DNA of 64,000 bases. Origin: Octopus vulgaris. Taxonomy: Eukaryota. The first letter of the stretch is position 1. Each line of letters opens with the position of its first letter. Location: positions 42,470,001-42,534,000 of the forward strand of contig OX597822.1 of assembly GCA_951406725.2 (NCBI GenBank). Reading direction: 5' to 3'. The notes under the pieces are model-generated. The model was not told where the DNA came from. It made no database searches and saw only the letters and a list, made by a program, of their open reading frames with translations. The translations under genes were made by a program, and so were the position numbers. This document shows positions 37,084 to 50,504 of this stretch, in pieces.

Positions 37084-37794
37084 CCCTTTTGATACCAGAC
37101 TGGTTCTGCCTCTGTAGTACACACGTCTTGTTTTCATAAGTTTTGAATTAAAATCTTCCACCAAACCTTAGTCACAATTTATGTTTCTAATATAAGCTTA
37201 ATGATAACTAAGTTCTTTGTTATCCTCCTCCTCATCATCATCGTTGTTTAATGTTCATTTTCCATGCTGGCATGGTTTAGACAGTTTGACTGAGGGCTGT
37301 TGAGCCAGAAGGCTGCACCAGGCTCAATCTGATCTGGCAAAGTTTCTATAGCTGGATGCCCTTCCTAATGCCAACCACTCCAAGAGTGTAGTGGGTGCTT
37401 TTATGTGCCACCGGCACAAGGGCCAGTCAGGCAGTTCTGGCAATGACCACACTCAAAAGGTGTTTTTTATGTGCTACCTGCACAGGAGCCAGTCTGGTAG
37501 CACTGGCAACGACCACGCTCGAATGTTGTTTTTTCACGTACTGGTAAGATGATGCTGGCAGCGATCACACTCGAATGGTGCTTTTTACGTGCCACCGGCA
37601 CAAGAGCCAGTCCGTGGCCCTGGCAACGATTATGCTTGGATGTGCTTTTGATGTTCCACTAGAACAAGTGCCAATCAGGCAGTACTGTCATCGGCCATGT
37701 CAGCGATTTTGATTTGATTTCACTTGCCTCAATATGTCTTTGCAAGCATGAAAGAAATACAGAGCAGCTCAAAATAAATACAGTAACGAAAGGG
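37084..37794. mobile_element. Inverted copy of the same piggyBac MITE with an RTE-tail SINE inserted (about 37225-37745)
   Basis: CCCTTTTGATAC ... GTAACGAAAGGG; body is the reverse complement of 36789-37008. Confidence 0.75.
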
Positions 37795-38696
37795 TCAATC
37801 AAACTACAATATATTGGTTTCAAATTTTGGCACAAGGCCAGCAATTTCAAGAGCAGTGTTAAGCCGATGACTTGAACTCAGAACATAAATGCAGATGAAA
37901 TGCCTCTAAGCTTGCCATCTTGCCATCTTAATCAAACTACATAATATTAGAAATGCTAAGATCTTTCATTCAAATCTGATTTCTTATAAGGGATCGGAAG
38001 TGCTGGGGTAGGTGTATTTTTTTATTTCCCACTACCACACATCTAAGCTAAATAGAAGCTGATCAAATATAAATTACAACTATTCTGTTAGTCATCTACA
38101 CTATTATATCTGGTATTGGCTTTCTTTAGAACAAATGTCAACAAAAAATTCAAATTGATATTTTCTTAAACCAAACACAAGTTTACTTTTTAAAATCCTA
38201 CTTTATCCATTGTAGTTTACTTAAGATTATAACTTTATTTCAATATTTTGCTTTCATATATATATATGTGTGTGTGCACAATGGGTGACACAATGTGAGT
38301 TTGAGTATGGTGTAGATGGTTCCTAAATAATATTTGGAGAGATCAGACTTTTAAATGCCAACTTCATCAGAATAAATAGAACAACTTGCCCTTCATCTTC
38401 TGAAGAAAATGCTGTAACTTTTCTGCACAGAGCAATCAAAATCTATACTGAGACTTTGCTTTTATGTATACCTACAATAACACCTCTGTATTGCACCTGT
38501 TTGCATAATGTGCATTGTTATATTATCTAGTCATTGATCATTCAAAACAGCTGTAAAAATAAGACATGGAGAGATAAAAAAAAATATAGCATTGATTTTT
38601 AAAAAGTATATAGACAAAAAGATATCTTAGTTGTTTCTGATTTGGAGAAAGTTTAGAGTTCAGTGTCCTTCTGAGAAATCTGAAATTTAGAAAAAG

Positions 38697-38853
38697 GTGG
38701 CTGTGTGGTAAGTAGCTTGCTTACAAACCACATGGTTTCAGGTTCAGTCCCACTGCGTGGAACCTTGGGCAAGTTGTCTTCTGCTATAGCCTCGGGCCGA
38801 CCAAAGCCTTGTGAGTGGATTTGGTAGACAGAAACTGAAAAAAGCCTGTCATA

Positions 38854-38906
<53 letters not shown>

Positions 38907-39103
38907 ATATGTTTGTATGTCTGTGTTTGTCACCCCAACATTGCTTGACAACTGATGCCGGTGTGTTTATGTCCCCGTAACTTAGCGATAGAATAAGTAC
39001 TAGGCTTACAAAGAATAAGTCCTGGGGGCGATTTGCTCGACTAAAGGCGGTGCTCCAGCATGGCCACAGTCAAATGACTGAAACAAGTAAAAGAATAAAA
39101 GAA
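38697..39103 (+). mobile_element. SINE family A
   Basis: GTGGCTGTGTGGTAAGTAGC head, central (TA)n/(TG)n, ACAAGTAAAAGAA tail. Confidence 0.88.
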
Positions 39104-39167
39104 TACAAAATTACCATTTCTAGATATGGTGGTATTTAATAATGCCAATTTTATAATGGATATATAT

Positions 39168-39370
39168 TCTTTTCTATTCTAGGTTCAAAGCCTGAAAGTT
39201 TTGGGGATTAGATCGACTCCAGTTCACAACTGGTACTTAATTTATTGACCCCAAAAGGATGAAAGGCAAAGTCAATCTCAGCAGAATTTGAACTCAAAAC
39301 ATAAAGACAGACGAAATACCACTAAGCATTTCGCCTAGCATGCTAACATTTTTGCTGGCTCACCATCTTA
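39168..39370 (-). mobile_element. SINE family B (Nin-domain-like)
   Basis: Homologous to 11954-12165 and 48520-48731. Confidence 0.75.
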
Positions 39371-39409
39371 TAATGGATATATATATTATAAAGACACAGA
39401 TACACAGTA

Positions 39410-40625
39410 CATGAAATTCAAATAATACCATCCAGCACACATAAAGAGTAACATCCCATCCCATACTGTCTAGCTAGGAAAATTTGTACTACTGTTGACA
39501 AATGACACACAGAATTCAAGGGATTTCTATCAAGATATCCACCTCTACTTATAGAAAATAGTATACATGTAAAACAAACACCTAGCTCAAGAAAGAACAA
39601 TACAAGACCAGAATATCACACCTTTTGTAGTGATACACAACCTATATCATCAAAATATTTCTAATATAGTCAAATCAAACTTATCTCTCATCAGACAAAG
39701 TAACAAACTAAAGAACATTTAATTAGAGATCAAATATTTGTCCAAAGTAAAAAGCAATCAAAAACCTTGAAGCTGTTGTTGACAGAGGTAAAGTTTGACT
39801 TAAACAGCAATGCTAAAAGACTCATTGTATCCAAATGCAAAGACAACCATTGTGGTACATTTCAGTTCATGTGTACAGTTCAGTATATCAACTCGAAAGA
39901 AAAATATTTCCAAATGTAAACATCAACTGTAAAAGCAAAAATCTGATCTACTGCATCAAATCCATAAATTATGAACAAAGATATATTGGTCAGGGAATTC
40001 ATTATTGAAATGCGCACACGTATACCGGCAACAAATTAGGAATCCTAATGGGGTCTTTCAGATCCCATTAAGTAATCATTTAGAAACTTGCACAATAAAA
40101 TGCTTCAAATATTTCCATTTTGCAAATTTTATGAGTCAAGTGAAGTTAGAAGAGTAAAGAAAAAGAATTTTATTAAGAGGTTCAAATCCATTCTCAATGA
40201 ACAATAATGTGAATAATACTGTTAATATTGATATGTGTATGAATTTAATTTTACTCTAAAACTGTTATATTGATTATTTTTAGATTGTCTCCATATAACT
40301 ATTCACCAACACCAGCTTGATAGGTGCTGTTGCTTTGCAATCAATTGCCTAAAGATTGTGATAAAATATGAAAGTTATAACACAAGAGTAAAAGAAAGCA
40401 ATTTTACCAAAAAATTTGAAACTGTTGTGAAGGGGCAATAATATTAATTCAATATGAAATTTAATTTCATTTAAAAATATTTGCTCAAAAACTACTGTAA
40501 TATTGAAAATAACATATAGACTATAGATTATCTCCACTTCAGATACAGAAGTGCCTTCTAGTTTGATAATACTACGTCTACATTTACCTGAAGATTGTTA
40601 TAAACATGAAAGTACTTGTCAAAAC
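39410..40625 (+). mobile_element. Degenerate Penelope-like element (Neptune-type) 3' portion with HHR remnant
   Basis: IPYCLARKICT, KCKDNHCGT and NINCKSKNLIYCIKSINYEQRYIGQ (GIY-YIG) remnants; CTGAAGA-tTGTTataAACAt-GAAAGTACTT at about 40578-40607. Confidence 0.6.
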
Positions 40626-41753
40626 ATTGAGATACAAAAATAAAATGTGAAAATCAAACTATGTTGGAATAATTCGATTGACTAATATATTTATCTATAC
40701 ATAATTTTACAATTGTGCTGGATAACAATTCATTATTAGTGATGGAAGTACAACTTATTAAAACTAGTAAGCTGTGTGTCTTGCTTAATGTGAAAGCTAT
40801 AATACTGTGACATTTGTCATGAGGAGACTCCTCATACAGATGTATAGGTAAAAAATTGTTATTGGTGATAGATGCAGTCTTTGTTCAGAATAGTGATCTG
40901 TATGTCTTATTTAATGTGAATATACTGTAAAAAAATCACAATACTGCGATATTCATCTGCTAGTAATCCTTGTGTGCATTTTAGAACTGTACATCTATAC
41001 AAGATGCTTTCTTAAGACAGTTATTAATTTGCCTTTCATTCTTACAGATGCAAAAAATTAAACATGAGTCACATACTGAGTTCAATGACATTAACCTCTG
41101 ATTCTATCAGTCTACTGCCTTTATGAGCATCTTAATAAAATGCTAAAAGAAATATATAATGTGCTCTTACATAAACAAAACTCTTTTGAGGAAGTCTTGA
41201 AACAGATCATCTACCATATTAGTAAAGTAGTTCCAAGTAGAAAAAATGTAGAGAGGATTAATCAAAATATTGCCACAACATTCACTGTATATAATGTAAA
41301 TCATGATATCAAATCTCAGATTCATGGGGGGAGGGGAAAGATGGAGAAGGAGAACTTCTTTAGGTAGTACTGATGTAAGTAGAACTAGAAGGTTTTCTGA
41401 ATTTTCCATGATAACAACGCACAAGAGCTTAACATCATAACAAGATCATACAGATAGAACCACTAGAACTTATCAACATTATTACTGGAATATATTGATA
41501 TTGTTCTAAGTTTCTCACGTGAACTACACAAGTGCAGATCAACACTGCCACAAAACTATAAGTATCTTTTTATCTCCATTGGAACTTATCAGCAAACCAC
41601 AAATATCAATTAACACATAAACTTATATCTACTATTGATTAAAAAAACAAACATTACATTCGATCAATTCTTCTGTTTATTAAATCCAGTAATCAAATAT
41701 AGTGTACACTGTATAAACACATTTACACACACATGCACTCACAAACATACAAT

Positions 41754-41786
<33 letters not shown>

Positions 41787-41957
41787 GGTGCTGGAGTGGC
41801 TGTGTGGTAAGTAGCTTGCTTACCAACCCCATGGTTCTGGGTTCAATCCCACTGTGTGGCACCTTGGGCAAGTATCTTCTGTTATAGCCTCAGGCCGACT
41901 AAAGCCTTGTGAGTGGATTTGGTAGACAGAAACTGAAAGCAGCCTATCGTATGTATG

Positions 41958-41990
<33 letters not shown>

Positions 41991-42180
41991 TTGTGTTTGT
42001 CCCCCCAACATGGCTTGACAACCGATGGTGGTGTGTTTACATCCCTGTAACTTAGCGGTTTGGCAAAAGAGACCGATAGAATAAGTACTATGCTTACAAA
42101 GAATAAGTCCTGGGGTCGATTTGCCCAACTAAATGTGGTGCTCCAGAATGGCCACAGTCAAATGACTGAAGCAAGTAAAA

Positions 42181-42181
<1 letters not shown>
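41787..42181 (+). mobile_element. SINE family A
   Basis: Same head, body and tail as 38697-39103. Confidence 0.88.
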
Positions 42182-42221
<40 letters not shown>

Positions 42222-43112
42222 GTGACACCAGGTCATCAGTATCACTCAAGCTTATCACAGATTTCACATAAGACACATGCCTGCTTGAAGAATTTCCCAT
42301 TTTTCTACAATATTTCTAGCCCCAAATGGCTTTTTTTTTTTATATCTAGCACTATGTCCTTCTCCATTTCTAAGTTAAGTGTAAAAATAAAGCAGCCCTA
42401 CAAAACACAACTGATCTTTACACATAGACACACAGAATAACAGCAATCAAATAACAACAGCAGAGTGCACAACAAATATCTGCGATCTGACTGTTACTTA
42501 TACTCTTGACAAGAGATACCAGTTAGTCTTCTACACCTATCAGGCTTGTTCGCCTGAGTTGCTCGATAATTTTTCATTCCTTTAAGAACGGAATCTTTTC
42601 ATACAGTGGAATTTAAATCTTAATCTCTATAGAAATTTATTGTTTCAAGAAAACACTAAATTTGAATTAAAATTAAAAAAAATTTTTTTTTTTGCAGAAT
42701 CAGAATCTCCGTACTCAAAAATGGAGAATTCAATGAAAAAACAAAAACAAAACAAAAAAACCGAAAGGGGGTGCAGTCCACATTCTTTACATCTGCCTAT
42801 ATATATATATATATGTATGTATGTATATATATATATATATATATAATATAATAATAATATTAGGGAGTATGGCTCCAAACTTACAGGGAAAAATTAGATA
42901 TAGGATTAAATCAAATTTCACAATATAAATATGAATTAGAGATAAAACCACTATTAGGCAACTCAAACAGTGATAGACATAAACCAATACATAATAACAA
43001 ATAATATAAATATAATTAATATAATATATATATATGAAATTTATATATAAAAAATTAAATTTTTTTTCCAAAAAGTATAAAAAGAATGATAAATATAATA
43101 TAATAAGTAAAA

Positions 43113-43215
43113 ACACTACGTATGTTTCATGGCTATAATTAAATTCGAATTACAATTAAGTTTAAATTCAATTGAAATAAATTTGAACTAAAATTATTGT
43201 CAATCTTCAGGTTAA
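43113..43215 (-). ncRNA. Long-stem-II hammerhead-like motif (degenerate)
   Basis: Minus strand CTGAAGA-TTGACAATAATT...AATTATAGCCAT-GAAA-CATACG-TA. Confidence 0.45.
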
Positions 43216-43929
43216 TGATAATAGTTAAATAAATATGCAAATAGAGTTAAACAATATTTTTTAAGAAATAAATAAAATAATAAATTTTCTTATAAAAAAC
43301 TCCATTATCTAAATTAGACACTTAAAACATTAGGATTATGTCATACAACCCATTTATTATGTTAAATATTTATTTTTAAGGTAAAAAAATATATAGAAAT
43401 ATGTATTTATCTATGAAGATATAATATGGCTTTAAAAAAACATAATAAACTCACGAATATCCTTAACTCAGTTATAGTCCAATATTTAATTACCAAATTA
43501 TTTAACAAAATAATCACTATTCATATTTTTAGATTTAAGTTCACATCTAATAATTATAAAATATTTAAAAATAATAACTAAATTATTATCAACAAATATA
43601 GTAATTAAAATCTAAAATTTACTCTATCAATAAATATATAGACATATAATGAAAAATAAATTAATTAATTAGTCCATTATTACTTACATAAATATTAAAT
43701 ATCAATATAATATATTTATGAAATACATTAAAAAATTAAAGATTAAAAATCAAATTATAAACGTATATTAATTGTTATCGCCATATTAATATGGCATTCT
43801 TATAGATATAAGAATAATCGCTGCCGCTGGTCAGCTCCATGAGGCCACCGCCTTAAGATAGCTATTGATACACGATCTGTATCCATTATAACCTTCGAAC
43901 AAGGGAGGTCAGCCACTTCACACTGCCAG

Positions 43930-43987
43930 TCCGACAGCTACAGACGCGTTTCGGGGTATTGCCCCTTGTCAATGTAGCGCAGTCAGA
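43930..43987 (-). ncRNA. Type I hammerhead ribozyme, U3-A8 variant (inverted copy)
   Basis: Exact reverse complement of 44291-44348. Confidence 0.8.
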
Positions 43988-44290
43988 ACCCGCAGGTGTC
44001 GCCACTGACGTCTCTGTTTGAAGGTTTATATTTACCTAGTTTCAGTGGAATACATCCACTTGTTTTCAATAATAGAAATATTAAAATTACTAGTGATTAT
44101 TCTTATATCTATAAGAATGCCATATTAATATGGCGATAACAATTAATTTCCAGTAAACGCTGCCGTAATCTCTTTTATAGAGACTTAGTAATTTTAATAT
44201 TTCTATTATTGAAAACAAGTGGATGTATTCCACTGAAACTAGGTAAATATAAACCTTCGAACAGAGACGTCAGTAGCGACACCTGCGGGT

Positions 44291-44348
44291 TCTGACTGCG
44301 CTACATTGACAAGGGGCAATACCCCGAAACGCGTCTGTAGCTGTCGGA
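44291..44348 (+). ncRNA. Type I hammerhead ribozyme, U3-A8 core variant
   Basis: TCTGAC-tgc-GCTACA-TTGACAA-GGGGcaataCCCC-GAAA-CGCG-TC-TGTAGC-t-GTCGGA; stems I and II perfectly paired, palindromic stem III, GUC cleavage triplet. Confidence 0.8.
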
Positions 44349-44853
44349 CTGGCAGTGTGAAGCGGCTGACCTCCCTTGTTCGAAGGTTATAATGGATACA
44401 GATTGTGTATCAATAGCTATCTTAAGGCGGTGGCCTCATGGAGCTGACCAGCAGCAGCAATTATTCTTATATCTATAAGAATACCATATTAATATGGCAA
44501 TAACAATTAATTTCCAGTAAACGCTGCCGTAATCTCTTTTATAGAGACTTAGTAATTTTAATATTTGTATTATAAACGTATAACCTATCTTAAAAGAACT
44601 GTATAACTATTTTACGATCTATATATCTCATTGGCTAAGTAATATCTTACAAATAACGTACAGTTATAATCTAATAATTAAATACATATCATCAACAACT
44701 AAATAATTATAGAATCAAATTAACAATCAGTAGTTATATAGTATACAATACAATAAAACTTATTAAAATATCTTTAAAAATCTTAAATAGAAAAGGTTCA
44801 CTTAGCTTTAAAAAACCGTGTCACTTATATACACATAAACATATATACATATA

Positions 44854-44894
<41 letters not shown>

Positions 44895-44999
44895 TTAGAT
44901 GGTGCAGGTCGTTATTGAGCCACCGAATATGATTCTCAGAATATGTAATCTCGCTGGTAGTAAACCCAGATAAAGAACATACACAAGCAAGTTTGTAGC

Positions 45000-46500
45000 T
45001 TAAACACATTTATTGTGGCCACACGTATATACACAATGGAATGATAAATAGAATGGTTGGCATGTAAAGGCCATGGTCTTCCATGCTATGCTCTTCTCTG
45101 CAAGCTGGCTTGTTGCATAAGATAGAGCCAGTCAAGTTGTGTCCTCATAGCTTGCATGTCCATGCAGAAAAGGGAAAGAGATGAGGTCACGTGTCTGAAC
45201 CTTAATGTTATATAATGCCTTCTGTAAAACCAACTTGTTTACCTGCTGTCAAGTGGAGTAATGTGCCTACATATATATATCAAGACATCATCTAATTTCA
45301 GAACAGATTTGCTCTTTCAAGAGGAAAATAATACAAACTCACCAAACAACACATTGAACAACATAAAATTAGTCAGTGAGCAAGCAGTATCATTCTTTGT
45401 AAACCCAGAGGTAAAATAATGAAGGCCATTGGAAACAACTCAAGTTTGTGAGAGTCAAAATTAGCCACATTATTTAAAGATTCAGCACCAACCACTGAAT
45501 ATAGTGAAAGCTATAGAAGAGGAATATTCTCCCTGAAAAAGATCAAGTTGATTATCTGCAAGGAAAGATTGATGAAGTCAGAAATGCAGCTGGCAGCAAG
45601 AAATCAGCAGTTGCATGGAAAATAGGAAATGAAATAAGTGAAAGAAGGAAGTCAAATATTTCCTGACTGAAAGATCTAATTCAAGTAGAAAGGGTTTAAT
45701 TATGGAGGAATTACTATGAAGATCTTAGTAAACCCACAGAAATTGCTGAGGGCAATACTGATCCTGTCTTAACTGAAGAACTTGACATAAAGAAGGATTC
45801 TTTTATCATTGATGGAGTGCAAGATGCCTTCAAATGACTTCAAGATGGTAAAGCTTGTGATCTGGATGGCATGCTTGCAGAAGTCTGGAGACTGGGAGAA
45901 GAAAACAATGTGCTTCCTGAGGAAATAGGTAGCTAGGTTGTATAATATCAGCATCCAAGGAAGAAGACTTAGATTTTATGAAGAACTACTGTGGCATTAC
46001 ACTTACAACAATTACGGCTAAAATCTACAACTTGATACCATGAAAAGAATCAGGATCAAGCTTGAGAAAATACTGACCATCACAAGAAGCAGAGCAGCCT
46101 TTGTCCAGATAGATCAATAACAGAAATATTTACAATCAGGCAAATCATTGAAAATGAAAGAGAAGAATATACCAGCTGTTCTGCTTTTTATAAATTTCAT
46201 AAAAACCTTCACTTTGATCTACAAAGGGGAAATGAAACAGTTATTACTAGTTTATGGCATTCCTGGAGAAACATTGAATGATGTTATATCAGAATACTAT
46301 CTTTTTTCAGATTACTACAGGCGTGTTACAAGGAGATACCTTCGAATTCTACCTTTTCATCCTATGACTTGATTATGTACAATAGAAAGCATTGCACTCA
46401 AAAAATACCCTAGTTTTGACTTTTTCACAGAAAATTAGTAAAAAATATCTTGTAAAAATTACAGATGTAGAGTGTGCCATTATGCTGCAGATTATGTCCA
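45000..46500 (+). mobile_element. Highly degenerate APE-type LINE (RTE-like) ORF2 remnant
   Basis: DGMLAEVWR, NYCGITLT and VLLFINF remnants with many disruptions. Confidence 0.5.
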
Positions 46501-46992
46501 TTCATCAGCAGCAGTTGTTTAGATGCTCCATAAGAGACTTGATTCAGCAGCTCCACAATAAAAAAAATATTCCAACTGTAACTATCACATCCTTATTTGA
46601 AGATGTAGTATATCAGGACCATTCTGAGTGACCTGTCTTGGTGATGGTGCCATGTAAAAAGCGTTGATGCTGGGGCCACATAAAAAGCACCCAGTACACT
46701 CTGTAAAGTTGTTGGCATTAGAAAGAGCACATAACATCATCATTTAACATCTGTTTTTTTATGCTAGCATGGGTTGGATGGATTGACAGGAGTTGGCAAG
46801 CTGGAGAGCTGCAACAGGCTCCAATCATCTGTTTTGGCATGGTCTCTATGACTGGTTTCCCTTCCTGATGCCAACCACTTTGCAGAATATACTGAGTGCT
46901 TTTTACATGGTACCAGAATGGGTGCTTTGTACGTGACGCCATCACAGGTGTTTTCTCATATGGCACCAGCACCAATATATGTATATTACATA

Positions 46993-47430
46993 GGTGTAGG
47001 AGTGGCTTTGTGGTAAGTAGCTTGCTTACCAACCACATGGCTCTGGGTTCAATCTCACTGTGTAACACTTGGGCAAATGTCTTCTACTATAGCTTTGGGC
47101 TGACCAAAGCCTTGTGATTGGATTTGGTAGACGGAAACTGAAAGAAGCCTGTCGGACACACACATACATACACACATATATATATATAAACACATACACA
47201 TATATATATATATGTATATATTTGTGTGTCTGTGCTTGTCCCCCCCACCATCGCTTGACAACCGATGTTGGTCTGTTTATGTCCCCGTAACTTAGTGGTT
47301 TGGCAAAATAGACTGATAGAATAAGTACTAGGCTTACACAGAATAAGCCCTGGGGTTGATTTACTCGACTAGATGCAGTGCTCCAGCATGGCTGCAGTCA
47401 AATGACTGAAACAAATAAGAGAATAAGAGA
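46993..47430 (+). mobile_element. SINE family A
   Basis: Same head, body and tail as the other family-A copies. Confidence 0.85.
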
Positions 47431-47515
47431 ATATTATGACTCCAAGACTGCTACCTAAATATTTTTTTATAAGTAGAACTTGTCTACACTAAAATTTTAT
47501 TAAAAAAATTATAAA

Positions 47516-47763
47516 TGTGCCCTTTTTAAAGCCTAGCCAGGTTCATGGGTCTGGTTTCCTGGTTTCTATGGCATATGGGTTTCCCAGCTGGACAGGACAC
47601 CAGTCCATCGCAGCATTACTCATTTTTGCTAGCTGAGTGAACTGGAGCAACGTGAAATGAAGTGTTTTGCTCAAGAACACAATGCGTCGCCCGGTCCAGG
47701 AATCGAAACCACAATCTTACAATCCTGATGCTGACACCCTGACCACTAAGCCACGTGCCTCCA
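47516..47763 (-). mobile_element. tRNA-derived SINE
   Basis: Minus strand GGAGGCACGTGGCTTAGTGGTCAGGG...GGTTTCGATTCCTGGACCGGGCG. Confidence 0.8.
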
Positions 47764-47956
47764 CAAAAATTTTATGAAGTGAACTTATTTACATTCTAAC
47801 CTGAACTGTATCTCTAAATTCTATTATTTTTCACGTGTCCTAGAAATATGTTGAACTAAATATTGAACCGTTATCTATTGATTGTTTATATATTTTATCT
47901 ACAGTATCGTAGAAGTGTGTTCTAGTTTGTATGTCAAATTGTGAGGACATGGTCCA

Positions 47957-47960
47957 TTGT

Positions 47961-47997
<37 letters not shown>

Positions 47998-48125
47998 ATT
48001 GGTTAACCTCTCTATGTGTAGTTATGGGGGTGTTTATGAATGTCAATATGCAGCAGTGTGTATGTATGTATACCTTTATCTATGCATATGTGTTACTGTT
48101 TGCATTTGTGTGTGTATATATGAGA

Positions 48126-48167
<42 letters not shown>

Positions 48168-48315
48168 ACACACATATATATACATACACTACATGTGTGT
48201 GTGTGTATTGGTTAACCTCTCTATGTGTTGCTATGGGCGTGTTTACAAATGTCAATATTCAGCAATGCGTATGTATGTATACATATATCTATGCATATGT
48301 GTTACTGTTGGCATC

Positions 48316-48352
<37 letters not shown>

Positions 48353-48520
48353 CATACACACATACATATATATATACATATATACACTACACGTGTGTGT
48401 GTGTGTATTGGTTAACTTGTCTATGTGTAGTTATGGGGTGTTTATAAATGTCAATATTCAGCAGTATGTACGTATGTATACCTTTATCTATGCATGTGTT
48501 ACTGTTGGCATCTGTGTGTG
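47957..48520. repeat. Compound tandem repeat, about 3 x 205 bp with embedded (TA)n/(TG)n
   Basis: TGGTTAACCTCTCTATGTGT anchors near 48000, 48209 and 48409. Confidence 0.85.
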
Positions 48521-48730
48521 TGAGCTGGCAGAAACGTTAGCACACCGGGCGAAATGCATGGCCGTATTTCGTCTGCCGTTACGTTCTGAGTTCAAATTCC
48601 GCCGAGGTCGACTTTGCCTTTCATCCTTTCGGGGTCGATAAATTAAGTACCAGTTGCGCACTGGGGTCGATGTAATCGACTTAATCCCTTGTTTGTCCTC
48701 TCTGTGTTTAGCCCCTTGTGGGTAGTAAAG

Positions 48731-48731
<1 letters not shown>
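48520..48731 (+). mobile_element. SINE family B (Nin-domain-like), young copy
   Basis: GAGCTGGCAGAAACGTTAGC...GAGTTCAAATTCCGCCGAGGTCGACTTTGCCTTTCATCC. Confidence 0.85.
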
Positions 48732-48767
<36 letters not shown>

Positions 48768-48770
<3 letters not shown>

Positions 48771-50504
48771 TATTAGTGAATTGAAGAAATGGAGTTGAAC
48801 GAAGATTGAACAGAAATCGTTTTATTGCATTCTACACGTGTTTCGAAAGGCACAATTTACCAAATTCCGATTGAATAAGGAGACCATATTGTGTCTTTCT
48901 CTTCAGGAAGAAATAGGAAATCCGTTGGAAAAATCAAAAACAGAACAGAGGCGGAGCAAAACAAATCGAACGAGGCTCCTAAGAGCCCATGGCCAAACTG
49001 TTTATCAATGTATGTTGAAAACTGGTGATGGGTGCGTTGAAGGTTTTAACAGGTCAGGCAGCGGTCATTCCGGTGGGTGGGAGCATGGGGTGCTTAGATG
49101 TTCTTTGTGACCGAGACTAAAGTTCTGACTATTTAAAGAATATTAGGTGTATTATATGGGGCGAGAAAAAATCTACTTAGAAACATGTGTGTGTGTACTG
49201 TTCTATGTGTTCGTATGTGCGTTTGATCACGTGGCCGTCAGTTGGTAAACAGCCCTACACAATGGTCACTGCTGTAAAATCCGTCGGGTGGTAGAAAAAA
49301 ATTTTTTTATGTGTGCGTGTGTTCGTCTAAACCTGCCTTGTCAAAGAAACCCCCCGTCGTCAAGACAAACCACCATTCGTCTCCCAGGAGTAATTTCCCT
49401 TGCAATGGTTAATCATATTTCTCTTAAAAGTATTTCAGAATTTATTTCCAAGGGCTATTTTCCTATAAGTAGTGTAACCGGGTGCAGGTATTATTTATAA
49501 GCGTTATTTATAAGCAAGATAAGTATAACGCCGCCAGTGGGGGCATCGAAAAGCCGACTGTAAAAGTCCGTTTACCATCCGGTCTCTGGCGAACAATATA
49601 TGGAAGAGTTCAGAGACACAAAGGTTGCACTTCCTTCTGCCCCTGTCAAATGGGAGGGCCACCGACAAAATTGACCATTCCAGGCTGTAGCTTGAGTTCG
49701 TATTCTTCAATCGCCATATTAGCTTGCTAAGTCCCGTGGTCTGGCATTTATTCATGTCTCGAAAAGTTGCGTAATGGTTGGAGATTCGTGAGGTCAATCT
49801 TGACGATGAGGCCCCGACATAAGAGAAGACATCTGAGTCCGGATTTTACAGCAGTGACCATTGTGTAGGGCTGTTTACCAACTGACGGCCACGTGATCAA
49901 ACGCACATACGAACACATAGAACAGTACACACACACATGTTTCTAAGTAGATTTTGTCTCGCCCCATATAATACACCTAATATTCTTTAAATAGTCAGAA
50001 CTTTAGTCTCGGTCACAAAGAACATCTAAGCACCCCGTGCTCCCACCCACCGGAATGACCGCTGCCTGACCCGTTAAAACCTTCAACGCACCCACCACCA
50101 GTTTTCAACATACATTGATAAACAGTTTGGCCATGGGCTCTTAGGAGCCTCGTTCGATTTGTTTTGCTCCGCCTCTGTTCTGTTTTTGTTTTTTCCAACG
50201 GATTTCCTATTTCTTCCTGAAGAGAAAGACACAATATGGTCTCCTTATTCAATCGGAATTTGGTAAATTGTGCCTTTCGAAACACGTGTAGAATGCAATA
50301 AAACGATTTCTGTTCAATCTTCGTTCAACTCCATTTCTTCAATTCACTAATAATATTAAAATTCAATTATCCGCACCAACGCACGGTTGCAACACCATAT
50401 GGTTGTACCTCCAACCGTGCTGTCTTCTGCTGTGATTTTTGCTACCAAGGTATCGGTTAAACTTTTGATTAATCTGCAACAAGATTATTCATCTTTCTAT
50501 TTCA

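Larger units (their letters stand above)
43768..44575. mobile_element. Non-coding PLE/retrozyme-like element: inverted copy plus partial tandem (364-bp period)
   Basis: About 43768-44093 is the reverse complement of about 44185-44510; TTATTCTTATATCTATAAGAAT repeats at 44097 and 44461. Confidence 0.8.

Noticed and set aside
42500-42545. Second TTGACAA hammerhead-like core
   Set aside because: No stem II closure and no GAAA downstream
48838-50285. Two near-identical 90-aa ORFs on opposite strands
   Set aside because: They are the two arms of the PLE inverted repeat read antisense to the element; GTG start and no recognisable domain
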